From an uncultured Bacteroidota bacterium (GTDB taxonomy: Bacteria; Bacteroidota; Bacteroidia; Bacteroidales; WCHB1-69): DNA of 64,000 nt. The notes under the pieces were generated by a model, which was not told where the DNA came from, did not search any database, and saw only the letters and a program-made list of their open reading frames with translations. Position 1 is the first letter of the stretch, and the number at the start of each line of letters is the position of its first letter. The DNA lies in NCBI GenBank assembly GCA_942493315.1, contig OW818690.1, positions 942,696-1,006,695 of the forward strand, in the 5' to 3' direction. Shown here piece by piece: positions 46,922 to 55,784 of the stretch. Position numbers and translations under genes: made by a program.

Positions 46922-49251
46922 GTCAAGAGACGTCACATATTCGTATTAACCTGTTTTCTTTTTTCAACCACGAACAAGAAACAAACAAAATTCTAGAAAA
47001 CTTTGGGACATTACTTTGTCAAGACAAAGTTTTCGATAAAAGTTGGGGATTTATACGAAAAAAAGTAGAAGGAACTGAAAACTCATTTTATATTGGTGGT
47101 GGCAGAATGTATTTACCAAAACGACAACTTTCTTTTTACAATGAACAACCACCAAGGGAAATTTTTGGAGATATAAAAGAAAATGATATTGAAAAAAACA
47201 TCCAAGATTGGTGTAATTCAGCTGATATTTTTCTTCTTTGTTTACACTCAAATAATAAACCTGAAACAAAGTTTATTTCTCGATTAAATTGGTATATAAA
47301 AAAACACAATAGAAATAAAACAATTTTATATACGGTAACAAATTATATTAGACAGTTTGAATATTCCACTTTCGATGAATATGCTAATTTTTCAGTTACT
47401 CTTAATCAAGAATTGAATCATGCATATTTTCCGTATTCTGAAACAAATGAATTTATAAATTGGAAAAATGAAAAATTTTGTATTTGCAAAGAACTATTCT
47501 GTTTTACTAAACAAGCAAACAGTTACATTGATTTTTTACTATTTTGCCTCAATCAACTATACAAAGATATTGCGGAAATTAAAATTTCAGACAATAAAGC
47601 GTATCATTACAAAACAACGAATATAAACTTTAAATCATACAATAATATGGGAACAACTATAAAACTTGCAATAGTCGGCGCACCTAAAAACGGTAAATCG
47701 CATTTAATTTGGGATATTTACCAAATTTTCGAACAACAAGGTCGTAATTTGACTTTTGTAGAAGATGATTCATATGCAAGTCCTCAAATGCTTGCAAATA
47801 AATTGCTATCTGAAGACGCGCTAAATAAAACGCCTCACTCTTTGCAAACCAAAAGCAAAAATCATTACAAAGGACAAAATAAAGATTTTATTTTAGAATT
47901 TATGGATGTCGCGGGTGAGGCTTTTGATGACGGCAAAGTGATAACCGAACAATTTCGCACAATTAAAATGATGCTTAAGAAAAGTAGTTATTTCAATAAT
48001 AATAAGCCATTTATAGAACATTCTGATGATAAAAAAATCAGTATAACGTTTAATAAAAATGAAAATACTACAACTCAAAGTCCGTCTCAACTCCAAACAG
48101 ACGAACCGTCTGGACGTGAGGGAATACCACAAACGCAACAAGATGAAAGCAATGTTTCTCAAAATAATTTAAACAGGAATATAAAAACCCAACAAAGAAA
48201 TGGGAAATATATTGCTAAAAATTTTGAGAGGTACGATACTGAGAGTTTAATTGCATGTTTGAAACAAGTTGTTACTTTCGCATTACGAACAGACGGATTA
48301 AGTCGTTATCACGATACACTAAGAGTAATTAATAACGTTGATTTTTGGAATGATTTTTATGCTTATGTTTTTTGTGATAATTGTACAGACATTGTTTTTT
48401 GTGATTTAGTTACTTTACCAAATAACATGACTGCTATTTCTGAAACAGGCAAAGCATTTAGTCAATGTGTTTCAGGCGTTGGCGAGTTTTTAGCAGAAAA
48501 AAACACAAATTTCAAAGGTCGAAAGAAACCAAATATGTACGCTGTCTTTCGAGGATTAGATGCTATGATTACCTGTGATGATCAGAAAGATCCACAAGAA
48601 AACAAACTAAAAGAAATTTTAAAAAATACTAATGATGAAACAAAGAAAAAGTTATTACCCTTTGTGTATTTTCTATTTCATTTATCCGTTTATCAAAATT
48701 TCATGAATGATTATTTTACAAAAGATGATTTCGATAAATTATGTGAAAGTATTATTAATAATAACAATTGTTTTATCAAACAACTACAGTCTCTAAATCT
48801 AGATTTAACCGATAAAACTAACCTACAAACTTTTTTGTCTGGATTGCTCAAAAACGATACGGAATTTACTATAAACGATAGCAGGTCTACAAAACTTAAT
48901 GATGTATTCTACGATAGAATAGAGAAGCTAAGAAATATGAACGGTATGCTTGAAAGATTCAATGGAAATTCAGATATTTTTCCTCATATTTATTTTACGG
49001 CATATCCTATTTGTCAGAAATTAGACATTCATAAAAATTTGCCTGTAGATGGTAACCCTAATAATATTGACGGTTTAACTCCCACAGATTTACGTTTCCC
49101 TTTGGGGGTATATAATTTTATTACAGATTTAGTATATTCACATACGCAAAGCGGCAAACAGGGAACTGATATGGAAAACTATTTGTATTTAAGTAAGAAT
49201 GTACAAAAACAAAACAAGTTTAAACAGATATGGAAAATAATAACGAGATAA
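46918..49251 (+). CDS. Operon gene 3: 777-aa soluble P-loop GTPase-like protein (active-looking core preceded by a degenerate copy)
   Basis: ATGA overlap with gene 2. Walker A/G1 is G254-APKNGKS-261 (47677-47700) after the strand IKLAIV. A DxxG/G3-like D330-VAG-E sits after the strand ILEFM (47905-47919). The N-terminal 150 aa show a strand pattern without a P-loop. Confidence 0.6.
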   Translation: MSQETSHIRINLFSFFNHEQETNKILENFGTLLCQDKVFDKSWGFIRKKVEGTENSFYIGGGRMYLPKRQLSFYNEQPPREIFGDIKENDIEKNIQDWCNSADIFLLCLHSNNKPETKFISRLNWYIKKHNRNKTILYTVTNYIRQFEYSTFDEYANFSVTLNQELNHAYFPYSETNEFINWKNEKFCICKELFCFTKQANSYIDFLLFCLNQLYKDIAEIKISDNKAYHYKTTNINFKSYNNMGTTIKLAIVGAPKNGKSHLIWDIYQIFEQQGRNLTFVEDDSYASPQMLANKLLSEDALNKTPHSLQTKSKNHYKGQNKDFILEFMDVAGEAFDDGKVITEQFRTIKMMLKKSSYFNNNKPFIEHSDDKKISITFNKNENTTTQSPSQLQTDEPSGREGIPQTQQDESNVSQNNLNRNIKTQQRNGKYIAKNFERYDTESLIACLKQVVTFALRTDGLSRYHDTLRVINNVDFWNDFYAYVFCDNCTDIVFCDLVTLPNNMTAISETGKAFSQCVSGVGEFLAEKNTNFKGRKKPNMYAVFRGLDAMITCDDQKDPQENKLKEILKNTNDETKKKLLPFVYFLFHLSVYQNFMNDYFTKDDFDKLCESIINNNNCFIKQLQSLNLDLTDKTNLQTFLSGLLKNDTEFTINDSRSTKLNDVFYDRIEKLRNMNGMLERFNGNSDIFPHIYFTAYPICQKLDIHKNLPVDGNPNNIDGLTPTDLRFPLGVYNFITDLVYSHTQSGKQGTDMENYLYLSKNVQKQNKFKQIWKIITR

Positions 49252-51842
49252 AATTTTCGGTAATAGTAAGAGGTTCACTTACAACAAAAGAGGGTTATGT
49301 AGAAATTGCTTCAACACAAACTCATGCTATTTTACCAAACGATTTTGAAAATAGACACTCAGAAGATTTTTCGAGCGAATATGCCTCTTTGCTTGCGTTT
49401 AGGACAGAGAATTCTCCTTTTTTGTCAGTTATTCATATTCAAGGGCAACACATTGGAAGTTCATTGGCTGGTAGAATCTACGATACAAGAATTTTCTACA
49501 ATATTGATTCTGCAAGCTTGCGAAATTGTCATTTAAAAATTGGATCTATTGTCGGTAGTTTACCTCGAATACTGTCATTTTCCGAGAAGAAATTTGATTT
49601 AACCAACAGTGTATACGTAAAACCGTATAGGTTGTCAAAATCAGAGGCCGCAATAAATGGACTTAGCAGATATATAATGCAAGCCATTGTTGAAGGTAAA
49701 CGGCTTATTGTGAAATTAGATAGAAAAGATGCAGGATATTGGAAAGAAAATGGTGTTTTGGAAAATAATGAAGCACAAATGTTATTCGTTGCTATTGATT
49801 CTTTACCTGAAATATTGAGACCAGTTGCCTCTTTTGCGTTGTCGGTTGATGAGAAATTTGATAAAGACATATTAAAATATACTAATATAATTTTATATCA
49901 TGGCAACCGTAATAATCTTGCAATTAAAATTGATTCAAATACTTGCATTGAAGTTGCTTGGGATGATTTGGATAAAAATAACAACGACAAATTTTTCAAT
50001 CAACAAGATTTTTTTTCAAAAGTAGCATTGTGCACAATTAACAAATATCAAAGTGAAAATTTTGACTTCAAATACAAAGATTTTTTCAATTCAAAGTTAT
50101 CCTCAAAAGGAATGCTAGATGGTATTTATGATGTTCAAAAAGACCCTAATTTAAAAAAAAGTGTTGAATACCTCAAAATACAAAAAGATTGGGAACGACT
50201 TATTCGACACCCTGAAGTAATTGATAAAATAAGAGTAAATGCAGAAGAATTAGATTTTAATTTAAATAATTTATATAACTTCTTTGAAAATAATAAAAAA
50301 GTAGAAATCAGAGAAAAATATGTAGAATTTTTCTGTCTGACAAAATCTGAATTACAGGTCAATAAGCAACTTGAAATATTAAAAACAATTCTAAATATTC
50401 CAGATGCTAATATTGAAAAAGAATTAAAAAATCTATTATTAAATAAATTGACATTACAAATATTTCATCAAAACTTAAATATTGATGAATGGATAGAAGT
50501 TGCAGAACTTTTTATTAATACAAAATATGAGCAACAATTAATTGAAAAGACAAAGCAACAAGATTTATACTTTTTTGAGAAACTTTATAAGAAAGGTAAA
50601 TACTTGGAGATTGTCGGACAATGTTTCAAAGAAACGACTGCTTACAAAAATAATTTTAAAGAAATATGTCAAAAGCCATTTATTGATTATTTGCCTGAAG
50701 AAAAATTACAAATGTTGAGATTTAAGTTTCTTTCTAATTGTGAAAGCTCTGATTTTAAGGAAATATATAAAGATCTCAAATTTGAAGAAGTAGAAAAGTT
50801 TTTGGTAAATAAAAACAATGATGAATATATTGTAAAATTGATAATTAAATATTTTCCAAATAAATGTAAGCAATTTATTGAACAAAATTCTGAAATTACC
50901 ATTTCTCAAATTGGAAAAGCTATATTAAATAATGATGATGTTACTAATAGTGAAATTTATAAGTTGTACAAAAAAGCAGATCTGAAACCCACAAAACCGC
51001 AAATAGAATTAACAATTTCTAATCTTGAAAATATATATAATAATACCCAAAAACTTGAATTTGACATATCAAATGAAATTACAAAACTATATATATCTCA
51101 TCCAATAATAACCAATTGGAAAAAAATTCATGAAACAACAAATCAAAATCCACCGGAAGAATTTACATTAAACGAGATTATTGATAAAAATGAACTTAAG
51201 GCTTATCAATATTTATTAAAACAAAACATTAAATTACCTGAGATTAATATTGAAAAAATGATCAAAAACACTAATGATTATGACAGTTTTTGCAATTTAT
51301 TTGATGATCTTACAGAATTAAAAATCGATTTTTCAGAGTTTAAAAAAACATTAGAAAAGAAACAATTCGAAAGGAAAAATATTATTTTAAAAAAATATTT
51401 TAACAATAAAAGCTCATCATCTTTATCACAAGAAAATATTAGGAAAAGATTGGTTATTTTAATTTTAATTGCTTTGATCATTGGTTTTGGAGGTGGATAT
51501 AATATGAGATCTTTAATTACAAGTAAAAAAGAACAGAAGGAAACAACTTTGAACTCAATTCAAGATACTGTAAATATTCAAACACATGATTTAGTAAATC
51601 AAACTTTTTTAATTTTTTATAGAAAACAAATTAATAATGATATTTATTCAAATAACGATACGATCAAAGCAAACGAAAAGAGTTTAGCGGATTGGTTTTC
51701 TCTATATAAGGAAAAGAATTTGATAGTGGACTCTATTAAATTAAAGGATTCAGTTTATTTATTAAAATTAAAAATAGATGGACCTGAATCAGCAACAATC
51801 TTTTATCAGAAAATAGACTCAATAATTAACAATTTGAAATAA
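49230..51842 (+). CDS. Operon gene 4: 870-aa mostly helical protein with a single TM near the C-terminus
   Basis: 22-nt overlap with gene 3. The TM LVILILIALIIGFGGGY spans aa 741-757 (51450-51500), with a tail of about 110 aa beyond it. I recognise no catalytic motif. Confidence 0.55.
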   Translation: MENNNEIKFSVIVRGSLTTKEGYVEIASTQTHAILPNDFENRHSEDFSSEYASLLAFRTENSPFLSVIHIQGQHIGSSLAGRIYDTRIFYNIDSASLRNCHLKIGSIVGSLPRILSFSEKKFDLTNSVYVKPYRLSKSEAAINGLSRYIMQAIVEGKRLIVKLDRKDAGYWKENGVLENNEAQMLFVAIDSLPEILRPVASFALSVDEKFDKDILKYTNIILYHGNRNNLAIKIDSNTCIEVAWDDLDKNNNDKFFNQQDFFSKVALCTINKYQSENFDFKYKDFFNSKLSSKGMLDGIYDVQKDPNLKKSVEYLKIQKDWERLIRHPEVIDKIRVNAEELDFNLNNLYNFFENNKKVEIREKYVEFFCLTKSELQVNKQLEILKTILNIPDANIEKELKNLLLNKLTLQIFHQNLNIDEWIEVAELFINTKYEQQLIEKTKQQDLYFFEKLYKKGKYLEIVGQCFKETTAYKNNFKEICQKPFIDYLPEEKLQMLRFKFLSNCESSDFKEIYKDLKFEEVEKFLVNKNNDEYIVKLIIKYFPNKCKQFIEQNSEITISQIGKAILNNDDVTNSEIYKLYKKADLKPTKPQIELTISNLENIYNNTQKLEFDISNEITKLYISHPIITNWKKIHETTNQNPPEEFTLNEIIDKNELKAYQYLLKQNIKLPEINIEKMIKNTNDYDSFCNLFDDLTELKIDFSEFKKTLEKKQFERKNIILKKYFNNKSSSSLSQENIRKRLVILILIALIIGFGGGYNMRSLITSKKEQKETTLNSIQDTVNIQTHDLVNQTFLIFYRKQINNDIYSNNDTIKANEKSLADWFSLYKEKNLIVDSIKLKDSVYLLKLKIDGPESATIFYQKIDSIINNLK

Positions 51843-51845
51843 AAT

Positions 51846-54659
51846 ATGGTAAACTTTAATCCACATAACAAAAAAATGCTTTGGGCAATAATTATAGTAA
51901 TTGTTTTGATAATAATTTGTGTATTTATTATTTCCTTTTTCAGTCATAGTAGTAAAAGTTATTATGAACCCATTTCCGAACAAAACAGAGGCTTTATCGG
52001 CAAGGCAGATGCTCTATTTGATAAACTACTTAATGAAAATACTATAGACAGTATAGATGCAAGAAGTTTGAGCGATCTAAACAGAAAATATCCTGCTTTC
52101 TTTTTTGATATTCCAGATTCGCTCAATCAAGATATTAACATTCAAGATATTCGCTTGGTAGGCATCAATGAATCCCTATTAAAAGATAAAAAGGATATTA
52201 CTTTTTATGAAAGTAGTGATTTACGAAATCTATTTAAGCAGCAACGATTAAATAAAGATAAAGCATATTTTAAAGTCTCTATAAAAAAAGAAAAGGGAAA
52301 TCTTTATATTAAAAAAATACAAATGATACGATCATTGTTTAAAATAAAGTTTTCAAATCAAATTTGGGAAGGAGATATCTTAGGACAATTCAATAATCCC
52401 ATAAATGATGAGAATTCAAGATATTTCATTTATGGTAGTTCTGTATTACCTATTCGTTTACAGAATTATCAACTAAATACAAATAACGACATGTCCAACT
52501 ATCCAGTATATCTTTTAGATGATAAAATACATGGTAAAGGTATATTTAAGAAAATTGATAATAAATTTGTCAATTTTGACTTGTATGAACATTATAATAA
52601 ACATTATTGTGATTCAAGTGAGTGTTTTGAATTGAAGTTTGATACTCTAGAACATGACAACAACCATTTTATGTCTTTGCAGGTTTTAAAGAATAAATTG
52701 ATTTTTGATTTAGATCAACGTTTAACTGTAACATGCATTACCAAACAGAATCAACAAAAACTAATATCCGGTTCTGGAGCAAAAGAAGGCCGTAGAATTT
52801 TTAATTACGCTCCAGATTCTGAAAACATAAGGATTATTATAGAAAATGAGAATGGATTAAAATTAGCTGAATTTCATATTGCGAAGCATAATCCCTTGAA
52901 AAAACTATCCTATATTATCGAAACTAATAAAGGAAAAACGCGTAAACAAATTGATTCAAAATATACAGATGTGTTCACACAACAAGTTGTACTTAATTTT
53001 CTTAAAAATATTAACGAACAAGATACTCAAAGTGTAATTTCTTTATCAATAGACCCATATCTTTCTTGTGCTTTAGAGAAAGAACTTGAAAATTATGGGA
53101 ATACATTTATACCTGAAAATGGATTAACTAATAATGAACATTTTGAAATTTCAATATGTGTAATAAATACAGCAACAGGAGAAGTCTTAGCTGCACCATA
53201 TTACAACTATACCCCTTTGCCTTTAAGTCAAGAAAGGAAAATCTCAAAAAGAAATCCAAATATGACTCGCCGTTATATTGGTTCGTGTTTTAAACCTTTA
53301 ATGGCGCTGGCGTCCACGCAGTTATATCCTGAATTATTAAATCTTACAACTGGGATACACAGTGGAAGGACTCAAGCCCCAATAGCAACTGGTGAAACTT
53401 ATATTAAAAACCATATTACATATAATTACTATAATACAGAGATATTGGGATGCCCTTTTTATCATACATTTAGTACAACAGCTTCTAATATACAACATTA
53501 TACAAAACCAATAAATATGGAAACTTTTTTAGCTTCATCAAATGATGTTTTTCCAGTAGTCTTGGCAATGTATAGTTTAACAAAATTCAAAAATAATGAT
53601 CCTTTAACACAAGAAAATACGAATTTACAAAATTATATTTCACAAAACAATAATTCAAGTAATATTTCATTATTAAATCCTATAACAAATTATCAAAATA
53701 ATGGAATTTTATTTGCAAATACGATGAATGCAATGGATTTTGATATTCATAAAAGTAATTTTGCAAAAGTATTGGACAATCTCTATTCAATTAAGTCAGA
53801 AGCAATTTTTAATACCGATTTTTTTGATCCAGAACCTGCACGTTATTTATTACGATATTTTGAAGATAGTATAATGATTTCGGAAATTTCTCCAGATTAC
53901 ACGAATATGGACTATTACAGTTGGAACGATAGTGTAAAATCATTCAGGAGTACAGTTGTTCCTTGGGTTTTAGGGCAAGGGACGAATGAATGGTCCCCAC
54001 TGAAATTAGCAGAAGCATGGGCACGAATGGTAACAAAATTTCCATTAAGATTATCTTATATTCATAACGAACATGTATCTGATATCTATAATGGTAGTTT
54101 ATTATACCAGCAGACACGTAAGTTATTGGGTGATAGATCCGGAAATCGTGAAACATGGAACACTTTTTTAGATATTTTTAAAGCTGCACAATCAAATACA
54201 AGTGTTGATGGTTCGAATACTCTAATCAAGGTATTCGATTTAATACAGAGTATTAACACAAATCAAAATAGAACTGGAAACAATCGTTTAATTGTTTTGG
54301 GTAAAACGGGCACTCCCGATGATTATGAACAAAGTGACTGGCAACACTTTGATATTTCGGGGAAGATTATTTATGATATCGGTTTATATACTTTCAGCAT
54401 TATGACTGAAGGACAATATCAAAGTCTCAAAAATAATATAACTATACCATCAAGAACAATCCCAAATGCAGGAATTACAGCAGTAATTAGGATTGTCCAT
54501 GCATATCCTGTTGGGATAACACCATTACTTATTACTCGGATTATTGCTCGGAATCAAATTTCTCATAATATTGATTCTAATAATGCCCGCAACTTTATTT
54601 CAAATGATAATCAAGTCTTGGGAAAAATTATTTTCTATAATGATAGACTTTTTAAATAA
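51846..54659 (+). CDS. Operon gene 5: 937-aa N-anchored protein with a penicillin-binding-protein transpeptidase-like domain
   Basis: N-terminal TM (LWAIIIVIVLIIICVFIISFF). PBP blocks: ISLSIDPYLSCALEKEL, VINTATGEVLAAP, S480-CF-K483 in RRYIGSCFKPLMALAS (53283-53294), S564-S-N566 (53535-53543), and K820-T-G822-T (54303-54314). Confidence 0.7.
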   Translation: MVNFNPHNKKMLWAIIIVIVLIIICVFIISFFSHSSKSYYEPISEQNRGFIGKADALFDKLLNENTIDSIDARSLSDLNRKYPAFFFDIPDSLNQDINIQDIRLVGINESLLKDKKDITFYESSDLRNLFKQQRLNKDKAYFKVSIKKEKGNLYIKKIQMIRSLFKIKFSNQIWEGDILGQFNNPINDENSRYFIYGSSVLPIRLQNYQLNTNNDMSNYPVYLLDDKIHGKGIFKKIDNKFVNFDLYEHYNKHYCDSSECFELKFDTLEHDNNHFMSLQVLKNKLIFDLDQRLTVTCITKQNQQKLISGSGAKEGRRIFNYAPDSENIRIIIENENGLKLAEFHIAKHNPLKKLSYIIETNKGKTRKQIDSKYTDVFTQQVVLNFLKNINEQDTQSVISLSIDPYLSCALEKELENYGNTFIPENGLTNNEHFEISICVINTATGEVLAAPYYNYTPLPLSQERKISKRNPNMTRRYIGSCFKPLMALASTQLYPELLNLTTGIHSGRTQAPIATGETYIKNHITYNYYNTEILGCPFYHTFSTTASNIQHYTKPINMETFLASSNDVFPVVLAMYSLTKFKNNDPLTQENTNLQNYISQNNNSSNISLLNPITNYQNNGILFANTMNAMDFDIHKSNFAKVLDNLYSIKSEAIFNTDFFDPEPARYLLRYFEDSIMISEISPDYTNMDYYSWNDSVKSFRSTVVPWVLGQGTNEWSPLKLAEAWARMVTKFPLRLSYIHNEHVSDIYNGSLLYQQTRKLLGDRSGNRETWNTFLDIFKAAQSNTSVDGSNTLIKVFDLIQSINTNQNRTGNNRLIVLGKTGTPDDYEQSDWQHFDISGKIIYDIGLYTFSIMTEGQYQSLKNNITIPSRTIPNAGITAVIRIVHAYPVGITPLLITRIIARNQISHNIDSNNARNFISNDNQVLGKIIFYNDRLFK

Positions 54660-54831
54660 CAAAAATAATAGATTAGGCTAATAATATTTTTCAGACTGAA
54701 GTGAAAATTTCGCCTCCATCTGAGTCACATGTTTTACCAAAAATTGGAGTTTATTTTTTGAATTTTTCTTTTAAGCAAGAATATTTAAAACCTTAATTTT
54801 TTTTTATAAACTATAAAATTTTTAAAGTTAT

Positions 54832-55329
54832 ATGATAAAAAATGAATTTTTCTGGGGGATTGTTGTTGGAGTTGTTCTAACCATTTTTGGGACACTGGTA
54901 CAATTTAAACTTTTTGCCTATTATGATAAACAAAAAATAAACAATGAATTGGCAATCATAACTTGTAAAACTATAAATTCGCGTTTGATTAGATCAAGTA
55001 ATGTTATTACATCATCCTCAAGTGATGTCTTTAATGAAAGATGGAATGAGTATATTATTGAAGGTGTTTATAAATGGAATGAATATAGAGGTTTGATTGA
55101 GCATTATTTGGCTGGTACTAAACCATTATTGAAATCTGAATTCAATTCTCTGAATTCAAAATTTGGTGTGTTACATAATAACTTAATAAGGATTCGTCAG
55201 CTTCAAAATTCAATTTCAAAAGATAAACAAATTGAGCTTGTTGTAAAAAAAAAAAAATCATTAGATATTTGTAAGGATATTCAAGAAACTTTAAACAAAT
55301 TCGAAAATGAACTTTTACAGTTTAATTAA
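54832..55329 (+). CDS. Hypothetical N-anchored 165-aa protein downstream of the operon
   Basis: N-terminal TM (FFWGIVVGVVLTIFGTLV) followed by helical sequence. Same strand and the same AT-rich composition as the operon. Confidence 0.4.
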   Translation: MIKNEFFWGIVVGVVLTIFGTLVQFKLFAYYDKQKINNELAIITCKTINSRLIRSSNVITSSSSDVFNERWNEYIIEGVYKWNEYRGLIEHYLAGTKPLLKSEFNSLNSKFGVLHNNLIRIRQLQNSISKDKQIELVVKKKKSLDICKDIQETLNKFENELLQFN

Positions 55330-55442
55330 AGTATGAATTTAATAATACTCTGTCCCTATTTATTTTATTTTCCCAAAAAAACCACATTCCACTCCCCTCT
55401 CCAATCCCCATAAATTGAACTTCCTATGCCCCATTCCGAAAT

Positions 55443-55510
55443 ACTGCACTTTTTCCTCTAAAAACTGCACATTTTCCTCGAAATAATGCACGGGTTGCGA
55501 AAAACTGCAC
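55443..55510 (+). repeat. Iteron-like direct repeats, 4 x A(A/C)TGCAC at 21/21/19-nt spacing
   Basis: actgcac at 55443-55449, actgcac at 55464-55470, aatgcac at 55485-55491, and actgcac at 55504-55510. The first two units share a longer context (a(t/a)actgcac(t/a)ttttcctc). Confidence 0.6.
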
Positions 55511-55765
55511 CCCCACAATTTTTTTTCTAACCCATTGTTTGATATTGTTTTTTTTGTATTTTTGACTCACGGAAAAATACTACACATACTCACTCGAGAA
55601 ACAGTTTCCATCTCACTTTTTACGTTCTTTGTTTCCTGTTTTATATCACTTGTTTTGAAGGGTTTGTTCCTTTTGATGTCATAGTTTTTTAAAGTAATAA
55701 CATGCGGGACACGATTACTTTTGAATCACATTGATCAAACTGTCGGAATGAATGACTCCTCCGGT

Positions 55766-55773
55766 TATCTTTG
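55766..55773 (+). promoter_or_regulatory. -7 promoter box (TATCTTTG) immediately upstream of the 21-nt tandem array
   Basis: TAnnTTTG match ending 11 nt before the first repeat unit. Confidence 0.35.
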
Positions 55774-55784
55774 TGTTGGATCAG

